Of a stretch of 64,000 bases of DNA, positions 1 to 15,000 are shown one piece after another (the stretch's first letter is position 1; each line of letters opens with the position of its first letter). The notes beneath the pieces were generated by a model that saw only the letters and a program-made list of their open reading frames with translations, had not been told where the DNA came from and searched no databases. The translations under genes and the position numbers were made by a program. Origin of the DNA: Eledone cirrhosa (Eukaryota); contig OZ024743.1 of the NCBI GenBank assembly GCA_964016885.1, forward strand, positions 344,658,001 to 344,722,000, in the 5' to 3' direction.

Positions 1-3000
1 TGACGTTGTTGTTACTACTGTTGTTGACGTTGTTGTTACTACTGTTGTTGACGTTGTTAGTGTTACTAATGTTGTTGACGTTGTTGTTGTTACTACTGTT
101 GTTGACATTATTGTTGTTACTACTGTTGTTGACGTTGTTGTTACTACTGTTTTTGACGTTGTTTTTGTTACTACTGCTGTTAACGTTGTTATTGTTACTA
201 TTGTTGTTGACGTTGTTATTGTTACCACTACTGCCGTTGACGTTGTTATTGTTACTACTGTTGTTGACGTTATTTTCGTTACTACTGTTATTGACGTTGT
301 TGTTTTTACTACTGTTGTTGACGTTGTTATTGTTACTACTGTTGTTGACGTCGTTATTGTTACTACTGTTGTTGACGTTGTTGTTGTTAGTACTGTTGTT
401 GACGTTATTTTCGTTACTACTGTTATTGACGTTGTTGTTGTTACTACTGTTGTTGATGTTGTTATTGTTACTACTGTTGTTGACGTTATTGTTGTTACTA
501 CAATTGTTGACGTTGTTATTGTTACTACTGTTGTTGACGTTTTTGTTACTACTGTTGTTGACGTTGTTGTTGGTACTACTGCTTTTGATGCTGTTATTGT
601 TACTATTGTTGTTGACGTTGTTGTTACTGATGTTGTTGACGTTATTGTTGTTACTACTGTTGTTGACGTTGTCATTGTTACTACTGTTGTTGACGTTGTT
701 ATTGTTACTACTGTTGTTGACGTTGTTATTTTTACTACTGTTGTTGACGTTATTGTTGTTACTACTGTTGTTTACGTTGTTGTTTTTACTACTGTTGTTG
801 ACGTTGTTGTTGTTTCTACTGTAATTGACGTTGTTATTGTTACTACTGTTGTTGACGTTGTTATTGTTACTACTGTTGTTGACGTTGTTGTTGTTACTAC
901 TGCTTTTGACGCTGTTATTAATACTACTGTTGTTGACGGTATTGTTGTTACTACTGTTGTTAACGTTGTTATTAGTACTGTTGTTGACGTTGTTGTTGTT
1001 ACTACTGTTGTTGACGTTGTTATTTTTACTACTGTTCATGACGTTGTTGTTACTACTGTTGTTGACGTTGTTGTTACTACTCTTATTGACGTTGTTGTTA
1101 TAACTACTGTTACTGACGTTGTTGTTGTTACTACTGTTGTTGACGTTGTTATTACTACTGTTGTTGTCTTTGTTGTTGTTACTACTGTTGTTGACGTTGT
1201 TATTGTTAATACTGTCGTTCACGTTGTTGTTGTTACTTCTATTGTTTACGTGTTATCGTTACTACTGTCGTTGACGTTGTTGTTGTCACTACTGTTGTTG
1301 ACGTTGTTATTGTTACTACTGTCGTTGACGATGTTGTTTTTACTACTGTTGTTGACGTTATTGTTGTTACTACAATTGTTGACGTTGTTATTGTTACTAA
1401 TGTTGTTGACGTTTTTGTTACTACTGTTGTTGACGTTGTTGTTGGTACTACTGCTTTTGATGCTGTTATTGTTAATATTGTTGTTGACGTTGTTGTTACT
1501 GATATTGTTCTTACTGATATTTTTACTACTGTTGTTGACGTTATTGTTGTTACTACTGTTGTTTACGTTGTTGTTTTTACTACTGTTGTTGACGTTGTTG
1601 TTGTTTCTACTGTAATTGACGTTGTTATTTTTTACTACTGACGTTGTTGTTGTTACTAATGTTTTTGACGTTGTTATTGTTACTACTGTAATTGACGTTG
1701 TTGTTGTAACTACTGTTGTTGACGTTGTTGTTTACTGACGTTGTTATTGTTACTACTGTTGTTGACGTTGTTATTGTAACTACTGTAATTGACGTTGTTG
1801 TTGTAACTACTGTTGTTGACGTTGTTGTTTTTACTAATGTTGTTGACGTTGTTGTTGTTTCTACTGTAATTGACGTTGTTATTGTTACTACTGTTGTTGA
1901 CATTGTTATTGTTACTACTGTAATTGACGTTGTTGTTACTACTGTTGTTGACGTTGTTGTTGTTTCTACTGTAATTGACGTTGTTATTGTTACTACTGTT
2001 GTTGACGTTGTTGTTGTTACTACTGTTATTGACGTTGTTGTTGTTACTACTGTTGTTGACGTTGTTGTTGTTACTAATGTTGTTGATGTTGTTGTTGTTA
2101 CTACTGTTGTTGACGTTGTTGTTACTACTGTTGTTGACGTTGTTAGTGTTACTAATGTTGTTGACGTTGTTGTTGTTACTACTGTTGTTGACCTTAATGT
2201 TGTTACTACTGTTGTTGACGTTGTTGTTACTACTGTTTCCGACGTTGTTTTTGTTACTACTGCTGTTAACGTTGTTATTGTTACTATTGTTGTTGACGTT
2301 GTTATTGTTACCACTACTGCCGTTGACGTTGTTATTGTTACTACTGTTGTTGACGTTATTTTCGTTACTACTGTTATTGACGTTGTTGTTTTTACTACTG
2401 TTGTTGACGTTGTTATTGTTACTACTGTTGTTGACGTCGTTATTGTTACTACTGTTGTTGACGTTGTTGTTGTTACTACTGTTATTGACGTTATTTTCGT
2501 TACTACTGTTATTGACGTTGTTGTTGTTACTACTGTTGTTGATGTTGTTATTGTTACTACTGTTGTTGACGTCGTTATTGTTACTACTGTTGTTGACGTT
2601 GTTATTGTTACTACTGTTGTTGACGTTATTTTTGTTACTACAGTTACTGACGTTGTTGTTGTTACTACTGTTGTTGACGTTGTTATTGTTACTACTGTCG
2701 TTGACGTTGTTGTTGTTATTACTGCTGTTGACGTTATTGTTGTTACTACAATTGTTGACGTTGTTATTGTTACTACTGTTGTTGACGTTTTTGTTACTAC
2801 TGTTGTTGACGTTGTTGTTCGTACTACTGCTTTTGATGCTGTTATTGTTACTACTGTTGTTGACGTTTTTGTTACTACTGTTGTTGACGTTGTTGTTGGT
2901 ACTACTGCTTTTGATGCTGTTATTGTTACTACTGTTGTTGACGTTGTTATTACTACTGTTGTTGACGTTGTTGTTGTTACTACTGTTGTTGACGTTGTTA

Positions 3001-6000
3001 TTGTTAATACTGTCGTTCACGTTGTTGTTGTTACTAATGTTGTTACTACTGTTGTTGACGTTGTTGTTACTACTGTTGTTGACGTTGTTAGTGTTACTAC
3101 TGTTATTGACGTTGTTGTTGTTACTACTGTTGTTGACGTTGTTGTTGTTACTAACGTTGTTGATGTTGTTGTTGTTGTTACTACTGTTGTTGACGTTGTT
3201 GTTACTGCTGTTGTTGACGTTGTTAGTGTTACTAATGTTGTTGACGTTGTTGTTGTTACTACTGTTGTTGACATTATTGTTGTTACTACTGTTGTTGACG
3301 TTGTTGTTACTACTGTTTCCGACGTTGTTTTTGTTACTACTGCTGTCAACGTTGTTATTGTTACTATTGTTGTTGACGTTGTTATTGTTACCACTACTGC
3401 CGTTGACGTTGTTATTGTTACTACTGTTGTTGACGTTATTTTCGTTACTACTGTTATTGACGTTGTTGTTTTTACTACTGTTGTTGACGTTGTTATTGGT
3501 ACTACTGTTGTTGACGTCGTTATTGTTACTACTGTTGTTGACGTTGTTGTTGTTACTACTGTTATTGACGTTATTTTCGTTACTACTGTTATTGACGTTG
3601 TTGTTGTTACTACTGTTGTTGATGTTGTTATTGTTACTACTGTTGTTGACGTCGTTATTGTTACTACTGTTGTTGACGTTGTTATTGTTACTACTGTCGT
3701 TGACGTTCTTTTTGTTACTACAGTTACTGACGTTGTTGTAGTTACTACTGTTGTTGACGTTGTTATTGCTACTACTGTCGTTGACGTTGTTGTTGTTACT
3801 ACTGTTGTTGACGTTATTGTTGTTACTACAATTGTTGACGTTGTTATTGTTACTACTGTTGTTGACGTTTTTGTTACTACTGTTGTTGACGTTGTTGTTG
3901 GTACTACTGCTTTTGATGCTGTTATTGTTACTATTGTTGTTGACGTTGTTGTTACTGATGTTGTTGACGTTATTGTTGTTACTACTGTTGTTGACGTTGT
4001 CATTGTTACTACTGTTGTTGACGTTGTTATTGTTACTACTGTTGTTGACGTTGTTATTTTTACTACTGTTGTTGACGTTATTGTTGTTACTACTGTTGTT
4101 TACGTTGTTGTTTTTACTACTGTTGTTGACGTTGTTGTTGTTACTACTGTTGTTTACGTTGTTGTTTTTACTACTGTTGTTGACGTTGTCGTTGTTTCTC
4201 CTGTAATTGACGTTGTTATTGTTACTACTGTTGTTGACGTTGTTATTGTTACTACTGTTGTTGACGTTTTTGTTGTTACTACTGCTTTTGACGCTGTTAT
4301 TGTTACTACTGTTGTTGACGTTGTTGTTGTTACTACTGCTTTTGACGCTGTTATTGTTACTACTGTTGATGACGTTGTTGTTGTTACTAATGTTTTTGAC
4401 GTTGTTATTGTTACTACTGTTGTTGACGTTGTTATTGTTACTACAGTAATTGACGTTGTTGTTACTACTGTTGTTGACGTTGTTGTTGTTTCTACTGTAA
4501 TTGACGTTGTTATTGTTACTACTGTTGTTGACGTTGTTGTTGTTACTACTATTATTGACGTTGTTGTTGTTACTACTGTTTTTGACGTTGTTGTTGTTGT
4601 TACTAATGTTGTTGTTACTACTGTTGTTGACGTTGTTGTTACTACTGTTGTTGACGTTGTTAGTGTTACTAATGTTGTTGACGTTGTTGTTGTTACTACT
4701 GTTGTTGACATGATTGTTGTTACTACTGTTGTTGACGTTGTTGTTACTACTGTTTTTGACGTTGTTTTTGTTACTACTGCTGTTAACGTTGTTATTGTTA
4801 CTATTGTTGTTGACGTTGTTATTGTTACCACTACTGCCGTTGACGTTGTTATTGTTACTACTGTTGTTGACGTTATTTTCGTTACTACTGTTATTGACGT
4901 TGTTGTTTTTACTACTGTTGTTGACGTTGTTATTGTTACTACTGTTGTTGACGTCGTTATTGTTACTACTGTTGTTGACGTTGTTGTTGTTACTACTGTT
5001 GTTGACGTTATTTTCGTTACTACTGTTATTGACGTTGTTGTTACTACTGTTGTTGATGTTGTTATTGTTACTACTGTTGTTGACGTTATTGTTGTTACTA
5101 CAATTGTTGACGTTGTTATTGTTACTACTGTTGTTGACGTTGTTGTTGGTACTACTGCTTTTGATGTTGTTATTGTTACTATTGTTGTTGACGTTGTTGT
5201 TACTGATGTTGTTGACGTTATTGTTGTTACTACTGTTGTTGACGTTGTCATTGTTACTACTGTTGTTGACGTTGTTATTGTTACTACTGTTGTTGACGTT
5301 GTTTTTTTTACTACTGTTGTTGACGTTATTGTTGTTACTACTGTTGTTTACGTTGTTGTTTTTACTACTGTTGTTGACGTTGTTTTTTCTTCTACTGTAA
5401 TTGACGTTGTTATTGTTACTACTGTTGTTGACGTTGTTGTTGTTACTACTGCTTTTGACGCTGTTATTAATACTACTGTTGTTGACGGTATTGTTGTTAC
5501 TACTGTTGTTAACGTTGTTATTAGTACTGTTGTTGACGTTGTTGTTGTTACTACTGTTGTTGACGTTGTTATTTTTACTACTGTTCATGACGTTGTTGTT
5601 ACTACTGTTGTTGACGTTGTTGTTACTACTGTTATTGACGTTATTGTTATAACTACTGTTACTGACGTTGTTGTTGTTACTACTGTTGTTGACGTTGTTA
5701 TTACTACTGTTGTTGACGTTGTTGTTGTTACTACTGTTGTTGACGTTGTTATTGTTAATACTGTCGTTCACGTTGTTGTTGTTACTACTATTGTTTACGT
5801 GTTATTGTTACTACTGTTGTTGATGTTATTGTTGTTACTACAATTGTTGACGTTGTTATTGTTACTACTGTTGTTGACGTTTTTGTTACTACTGTTGTTG
5901 ACGTTGTTGTTGGTACTACTGCTTTTGATGCTGTTATTGTTACTATTGTTGTTGACGTTGTTGTTACTGATGTTGTTGACGTTATTGTTGTTACTACTGT

Positions 6001-9000
6001 TGTTGACGTTGTCATTGTTACTACTGTTGTTGACGTTGTTATTGTTACTACTGTTGTTGACGTTGTTATTTTTACTACTGTTGTTGACGTTATTATTGTT
6101 ACTACTGTTGTTTACGTTGTTGTTTTTACTACTGTTGTTGACGTTGTTGTTGTTTCTACTGTAATTGACGTTATTTTCGTTACTACAGTTATTGACGTTG
6201 TTGTTGTTACTACTGTTGTTGACGTTGTTGTTGTTACTACTGCTTTTGACGCTGTTATTGTTACTACTGTTGATGACGTTGTTGTTGTTACTAATGTTTT
6301 TGACGTTGTTATTGTTACTACTGTTGTTGACGTTGTTATTGTTACTACTGTAATTGACGTTGTTGTTGTAACTACTGTTGTTGCCGTTGTTATTGTTACT
6401 ACTGTAATTGACGTTGTTGTTACTACTGTTGTTGACGTTGTTGTTCTTTCTACTGTAATTGACGTTGTTATTGTTACTACTGTTGTTGACGTTGTTGTTG
6501 TTACTACTGTTATTGACGTTGTTGTTGTTACTACTGTTGTTGTTGTTACTAATGTTGTTGATGTTGTTGTTGTTACTACTGTTGTTGACGTTGTTGTTAC
6601 TACTGTTGTTGACGTTGTTGTTTTTACTACTGTTGTTGACGTTGTTTTTTCTTCTACTGTAATTGACGTTGTTATTGTTACTACTGTTGTTGACGTTGTT
6701 ATTGTTACTACTTTTGTTGACGTTGTTGTTGTTACTACTGCTTTTGACGCTGTTATTAATACTACTGTTGTTGACGGTATTGTTGTTACTACTGTCGTTA
6801 ACGTTGTTATTAGTACTGTTGTTGACGTTGTTGTTGTTACTACTGTTGTTGACGTTGTTATTTTTACTACTGTTCATGACGTTGTTGTTACTACTGTTGT
6901 TGACGTTGTTGTTACTACTGTTATTGACGTTGTTGTTATAACTACTGTTACTGACGTTGTTGTTGTTACTACTGTTGTTGACGTTGTTATTACTACTGTT
7001 GTTGACGTTGTTGTTGTTACTACTGTTGTTGACGTTGTTATTGTTAATACTGTCGTTCACGTTGTTGTTGTTACTACTATTGTTTACGTGTTATTGTTAC
7101 TACTGTCGTTGACGTTGTTGTTGTTACTACTGTTGTTGACGTTGTTATTGTTACTACTGTCGTTGACGATGTTGTTGTTACTACTGTTGTTGACGTTATT
7201 GTTGTTACTACAATTGTTGACGTTGTTATTGTTACTACTGTTGTTGACGTTTTTGTTACTACTGTTGTTGACGTTGTTGTTGGTACTACTGCTTTTGATG
7301 CTGTTATTGTTACTATTGTTGTTGACGTTATTGTTACTACTGTTGTTGACGTTGTTATTTTTACTACTGTTGTTGACGTTATTATTGTTACTACTGTTGT
7401 TTACGTTGTTGTTTTTACTACTGTTGTTGACGTTGTTGTTGTTTCTACTGTAATTGACGTTATTTTCGTTACTACAGTTATTGACGTTGTTGTTGATACT
7501 ACTGTTGTTGACGTTGTTGTTGTTACTACTGCTTTTGACGCTGTTATTGTTACTACTGTTGTTGACGTTGTTATTGTTACTACTGTAATTGACGTTGTTG
7601 TTGTAACTACTGTTGTTGACGTTGTTGTTTTTACTAATGTTGTTGACGTTGTTGTTGTTTCTACTGTAATTGACGTTGTTGTTACTACTGTTGTTGACGT
7701 TGTTGTTGTTTCTACTGTAATTGACGTTGTTATTGTTACTACTGTTGTTGACGTTGTTGTTGTTACTACTGTTATTGACGTTGTTGTTGTTACTACTGTT
7801 GATGTTGTTACTAATGTTGTTGATGTTGTTGTTGTTACTACTGTTGTTGACGTTGTTGTTACTACTGTTGTTGACGTTGTTAGTGTTACTAATGTTGTTG
7901 ACGTTGTTGTTGGTACTACTGCTTTTGATGCTGTTATTGTTACTATTGTTGTTGACGTTGTTGTTACTGATGTTGTTGACGTTATTGTTGTTACTACTGC
8001 TGTTAACGTTGTTATTGTTACTATTGTTGATGACGTTGTTATTGTTACCACTACTGCCGTTGACGTTGTTATTGTTACTACTGTTGTTGACGTTATTTTC
8101 GTTACTACTGTTATTGACGTTGTTGTTTTTACTACTGTTGTTGACGTTGTTATTGTTACTACTGTTGTTGACGTCGTTATTGTTACTACTGTTGTTGACG
8201 TTGTTGTTACCACTGTTGTTGACGTTGTTGTTGGTACTACTGCTTTTGATGCTGTTATTGTTACTATTGTTGTTGACGTTGTTGTTACTGATGTTGTTGA
8301 CGTTATTGTTGTTACTACTGTTGTTGACGTTATCATTGTTACTACTGTTGTTGACGTTGTCATTGTTACTACTGTTGTTGACGTTATTTTCGTTACTACT
8401 GTTATTGACGTTGTTGTTGTTACTACTGTTATTGATGTTGTTATTGTTACTACTGTTTTTGACGTCGTTATTGTTACTACTGTTGTTGACGTTGTTATTG
8501 TTACTACTGTTGTTGACGTTATTTTCGTTACTACAGTTATTGACGTTGTTGTTGTTACTACTGTTGTTGACGTTGTTATTGTTACTACTGTCGTTGACGT
8601 TGTTGTTGTTACTACTGTTGTTGACGTTATTGTTGTTACTACAATTGTTGACGTTCTTATTGTTACTACTGTTGTTGACGTTTTTGTTACTACTGTTGTT
8701 GACGTTGTTGTTGGTACTACTGCTTTTGATGCTGTTATTGTTACTATTGTTGTTGACGTTGTTGTTACTGATGTTGTTGACGTTATTGTTGTTACTACTG
8801 TTGTTGACGTTGTCATTGTTACTACTGTTGTTGACGTTGTTATTGTTACTACTGTTGTTGACGTTGTTATTTTTACTACTGTTGTTGACGTTATTGTTGT
8901 TACTACTGTTGTTTACGTTGTTGTTTTTACTACTGTTGTTGACCTTGTTGTTTCTACTGTAATTGACGTTGTTATTGTTACTACTGTTGTTGACGTTGTT

Positions 9001-12000
9001 ATTGTTACTACTGTTGTTGACGTTGTTGTTGTTACTACTGCTTTTGACGCTGTTATTGTTACTACTGTTGATGACGTTGCTGTTGTTACTAATGTTTTTG
9101 ACGTTGTTATTGTTACTACTGTTGTTGACGTTGTTATTGTTACTACTGTAATTGACGTTGTTGTTGTAACTACTGTTGTTGACGTTGTTGTTTTTACTAA
9201 TGTTGTTGACGTTGTTGTTGTTTCTACTGTAATTGACGTTGTTATTGTTACTACTGTTGTTGACGTTGTTATTGTTACTACTGTAATTGACGTTGTTGTT
9301 GTTACTACTGTTGTTGACGTTGTTGTTGTTACTAATGTTGTTGATGTTGTTGTTGTTACTACTGTTGTTGACGTTGTTGTTACTACTGTTGTTGACGTTG
9401 TTACTGTTACTAATGTTGTTGACGTTGTTGTTGTTACTACTGTTGTTGACATTATTGTTGTTACTAGTTGTTGACGTTGTTGTTACTACTGTTTTTGACG
9501 TTGTTTTTGTTACTACTGCTGTTAACGTTGTTATTGTTACTATTGTTGTTGACGTTGTTATTGTTACCACTACTGCCGTTGACGTTGTTATTGTTACTAC
9601 TGTTGTTGACGTTATTTTCGTTACTACTGTTATTGACGTTGTTGTTGTTACTACTGTTGTTGACGTTGTTATTGTTACTACTGTTGTTGACGTCGTTATT
9701 GTTACTACTGTTGTTGACGTTGTTGTTGTTACTACTGTTGTTGACGTTATTTTCGTTACTACTGTTATTGACGTTGTTGTTGTTACTACTGTTGTTGACG
9801 TTGTTATTGTTACTACTGTCGTTGACGTTGTTGTTGTTACTACTGTTGTTGACGTTATTGTTGTTACTACAATTGTTGACGTTGTCATTGTTACTACTGT
9901 TGTTGACGTTGTTATTGTTACTACTGTTGTTGACGTTGTTATTTTTACTACTGTTGTTGACGTTATTGTTGTTACTACTATTGTTTACGTGTTATTGTTA
10001 CTACTGTCGTTGACGTTGTTGTTGTTACTACTGTTGTTGACGTTGTTATTGTTACTACTGTCGTTGACGATGTTGTTGTTACTACTGTTGTTGATGTTAT
10101 TGTTGTTACTACAATTGTTGACGTTGTTATTGTTACTACTGTTGTTGACGTTTTTGTTACTACTGTTGTTGACGTTGTTGTTGGTACTACTGCTTTTGAT
10201 GCTGTTATTGTTACTATTGTTGTTGCCGTTGTTGTTACTGATGTTGTTGACGTTATTGTTGTTACTACTGTTGTTGACGTTGTCATTGTTACTACTGTTG
10301 TTGACGTTGTTATTGTTACTACTGTTGTTGACGTTGTTATTTTTACTACTGTTGTTGACGTTATTATTGTTACTACTGTTGTTTACGTTGTTGTTTTTAC
10401 TACTGTTGTTGACGTTGTTGTTGTTTCTACTGTAATTGACGTTATTTTCGTTACTACAGTTATTGACGTTGTTGTTGTTACTACTGTTGTTGACGTTGTT
10501 GTTGTTACTACTGCTTTTGACGCTGTTATTGTTACTACTGTTGATGACGTTGTTGTTGTTACTAATGTTTTTGACGTTGTTATTGTTACTACTGTTGTTG
10601 ACGTTGTTATTGTTACTACTGTAATTGACGTTGTTGTTGTAACTACTGTTGTTGACGTTGTTATTGTTACTACTGTAATTGACGTTGTTGTTACTACTGT
10701 TGTTGACGTTGTTGTTGTTTCTACTGTAATTGACGTTGTTATTGTTACTACTGTTGTTGACGTTGTTGTTGTTACTACTGTTATTGACGTTGTTGTTGTT
10801 ACTACTGTTGTTGTTGTTACTAATGTTGTTGATGTTGTTGTTGTTACTACTGTTGTTGACGTTGTTGTTACTACTGTTGTTGACGTTGTTAGTGTTACTA
10901 ATGTTGTTGACGTTGTTGTTGGTACTACTGCTTTTGATGCTGTTATATGTTACTATTGTTGTTGACGTTGTTGTTACTGATGTTGTTGACGTTATTGTTG
11001 TTACTACTGCTGTTAACGTTGTTATTGTTACTATTGTTGATGACGTTGTTATTGTTACCACTACTGCTTTTGACGCTGTTATTGTTACTAGTGTTGATGA
11101 CGTTGTTGTTGTTACTAATGTTTTTGACGTTGTTGTTTTTACTAATGTTGTTGACGTTGTTGTTGTTTCTACTGTAATTGACGTTGTTATTGTTACTACT
11201 GTTGTTGACGTTGTTATTGTTACTACTGTAATTGACGTTGTTGTTACTACTGTTGTTGACGTTGTTGTTGTTTCTACTGTAATTGACGTTGTTATTGTTA
11301 CTACTGTTGTTGACGTTGTTGTTACTACTGTTATTGACGTTGTTGTTGTTACTACTGTTGTTGTTGTTACTAATGTTGTTGATGTTGTTGTTGTTACTAC
11401 TGTTGTTGACGTTGTTGTTACTACTGTTGTTGACGTTGTTAGTGTTACTAATGTTGTTGACTTTGTTGTTGGTACTACTGCTTTTGATGCTGTTATTGTT
11501 ACTATTGTTGTTGACGTTGTTGTTACTGATGTTGTTGACGTTATTGTTGTTACTACTGCTGTAACGTTGTTATTGTTACTATTGTTGATGACGTTGTTAT
11601 TGTTAACACTACTGCCGTTGACGTTGTTATTGTTACTACTGTTGTTGACGTTATTTTCGTTACTACTGTTATTGACGTTGTTGTTTTTACTACTGTTGTT
11701 GACGTTGTTATTGTTACTACTGTTGTTGACGTCGTTATTGTTACTACGGTTGTTGACGTTGTTGTTACTACAATTGTTGACGTTGTTATTGTTACTACTG
11801 TTGTTGACGTTTTTGTTACTACTGTTGTTGACGTTGTTGTTGGTACTACTGCTTTTGATGCTGTTATTGTTACTATTGTTGTTGACGTTGTTGTTACTGA
11901 TGTTGACGTTATTGTTGTTACTACTGTTGTTGACGTTGTCATTGTTACTACTGTTGTTGACGTTGTCATTGTTACTACTGTTGTTGACTTTATTTTCGCT

Positions 12001-15000
12001 ACTACTGTTATTGACGTTGTTGTTGATGTTGCTATTGTTACTACTGTTTTTGACGTCGTTATTGTTACTACTGTTGTTGACGTTGTTATTGTTACTACTG
12101 TTGTTGACGTTATTTTCGTTACTACAGTTATTGACGTTGTTGTTGTTACTACTGTTGTTGACGTTGTTATTGTTACTACTGTCGTTGACGTTGTTGTTGT
12201 TACTACTGTTGTTGACGTCGTTATTGTTACTACTGTTGTTGACGTTGTTGTTACTACTGTTGTTGACGTTATTTTCGTTACTACTGTTATTGACGTTGTT
12301 GTTGTTACTACTGTTGTTGATGTTGTTATTGTTACTACTGTTGTTGACGTTATTGTTGTTACTACAATTGTTGACGTTGTTATTGTTAGTACTGTTGTTG
12401 ACGTTTTTGTTACTACTGTTGTTGACGTTATTGTTGTTACTACAATTGTTGACGTTGTTATTGTTACTATTGTTGTTGACGTTGTTGTTACTGATGTTGT
12501 TGACGTTATTGTTGTTACTACTGTTGTTGACGTTGTCATTGTTACTACTGTTGTTGACGTTGTTATTGTTACTACTGTTGTTGACGTTGTTTTTTTTACT
12601 ACTGTTGTTGACGTTATTGTTGTTACTACTGTTGTTTACGTTGTTGTTTTTACTACTGTTGTTGACGTTGTTTTTTCTTCTACTGTAATTGACGTTGTTA
12701 TTGTTACTACTGTTGTTGACGTTGTTATTGTTACTACTTTTGTTGACGTTGTTGTTGTTACTACTGCTTTTGACGCTGTTATTAATACTACTGTTGTTGA
12801 CGGTATTGTTGTTACTACTGTCGTTAACGTTGTTATTAGTACTGTTGTTGACGTTGTTGTTGTTACTACTGTTGTTGACGTTGTTATTTTTACTATTGTT
12901 CATGACGTTGTTGTTACTACTGTTGTTGACGTTGTTGTTACTACTGTTATTGACGTTGTTGTTATAACTACTGTTACTGACGTTGTTGTTACTACTGTTG
13001 GTGACGTTGTTATTACTACTGTTGTTGACGTTGTTGTTGTTACTACTGTTGTTGACGTTGTTATAGTTAATACTGTCGTTCACGTTGTTGTTGTTACTAC
13101 TATTGTTTACGTGTTATTGTTACTACTGTCGTTGACGTTGTTGTTGTTACTACTGTTGTTGACGTTGTTATTGTTACTACTGTCGTTGACGATGTTGTTG
13201 TTACTACTGTTGTTGACGTTATTGTTGTTACTACAATTGTTGACGTTGTTATTGTTACTACTGTTGTTGACGTTTTTGTTACTACTGTTGTTGACGTTGT
13301 TGTTGGTACTACTGCTTTTGATGCTGTTATTGTTACTATTGTTGTTGACGTTGTTGTTACTGATGTTGTTGACGTTATTGTTGTTGCTACTGTTGTTGAC
13401 GTTGTCATTGTTACTACTGTTGTTGACGTTGTTATTGTTACTACTGTTGTTGACGTTGTTATTTTTACTACTGATGTTGACGTTATTATTGTTACTACTG
13501 TTGTTTACGTTGTTGTTTTTACTACTGTTGTTGACGTTGTTGTTGTTTCTACTGTAATTGACGTTATTTTCGTTACTACAGTTATTGACGTTGTTGTTGA
13601 TACTACTGTTGTTGACGTTGTTGTTGTTACTACTGCTTTTGACGCTGTTATTGTTACTACTGTTGATGACGTTGTTGTTGTTACTAATGTTTTTGACGTT
13701 GTTATTGTTACTACTGTTGTTGACGTTGTTATTGTTACTACTGTAATTGACGTTGTTGTTGTAACTACTGTTGTTGACGTTGTTGTTTTTACTAATGTTG
13801 TTGACGTTGTTGTTGTTTCTACTGTAATTGACGTTGTTATCGTTACTACTGTTGTTGACGTTGTTATTGTTACTACTGTAATTGACGTTGTTGTTACTAC
13901 TGTTGTTGACGTTGTTGTTGTTTCTACTGTAATTGACGTTGTTATTGTTACTACTGTTGTTGACGTTGTTGTTGTTACTACTGTTATTGACGTTGTTGTT
14001 GTTACTACTGTTGTTGTTGTTATTAATGTTGTTGATGTTGTTGTTGTTACTACTGTTGTTGACGTTGTTGTTACTACTGTTGTTGACGTTGTTAGTGTTA
14101 CTAATGTTGTTGACGTTGTTGTTGGTACTACTGCTTTTGATGCTGTTATTGTTACTATTGTTGTTGACGTTGTTGTTACTGATGTTGTTGACGTTATTGT
14201 TGTTACTACTGCTGTTAACGTTGTTATTGTTACTATTGTTGATGACGTTGTTATTGTTACCACTACTGCCGTTGACGTTGTTATTGTTACTACTGTTGTT
14301 GACGTCGTTATTGTTACTACTGTTGTTGACGTTGTTGTTACTACAATTGTTGATGTTGTTATTGTTACTACTGTTGTTGACGTTTTTGTTACTACTGTTG
14401 TTGACGTTGTTGTTGGTACTACTGCTTTTGATGCTGTTATTGTTACTATTGTTGTTGACGTTGTTGTTACTGATGTTGTTGACGTTATTGTTGTTACTAC
14501 TGTTGTTGACGTTGTCATTGTTACTACTGTTGTTGACGTTGTCATTGTTACTACTGTTGTTGACGTTATTTTCGTTACTACTGTTATTGACGTTGTTGTT
14601 GTTACTACTGTTGTTGATGTTGTTATTGTTACTACTGTTTTTGACGTCTTTATTGTTACTACTGTCGTTGACGTTGTTATTGTTACTACTGTTGTTGACG
14701 TTATTTTCGTTACTACAGTTATTGACGTTGTTGTTGTTACTACTGTTGTTGACGTTGTTATTGTTACTACTGTCGTTGACGTTGTTGTTGTTACTACTGT
14801 TGTTGACGTTATTGTTGTTACTACAATTGTTGACGTTCTTATTGTTACTACTGTTGTTGACGTTTTTGTTACTACTGTTGTTGACGTTGTTGTTGGTACT
14901 ACTGCTTTTGATGCTGTTATTGTTACTATTGTTGTTGACGTTGTTGTTACTGATGTTGTTGACGTTATTGTTGTTACTACTGTTGTTTACGTTGTTGTTT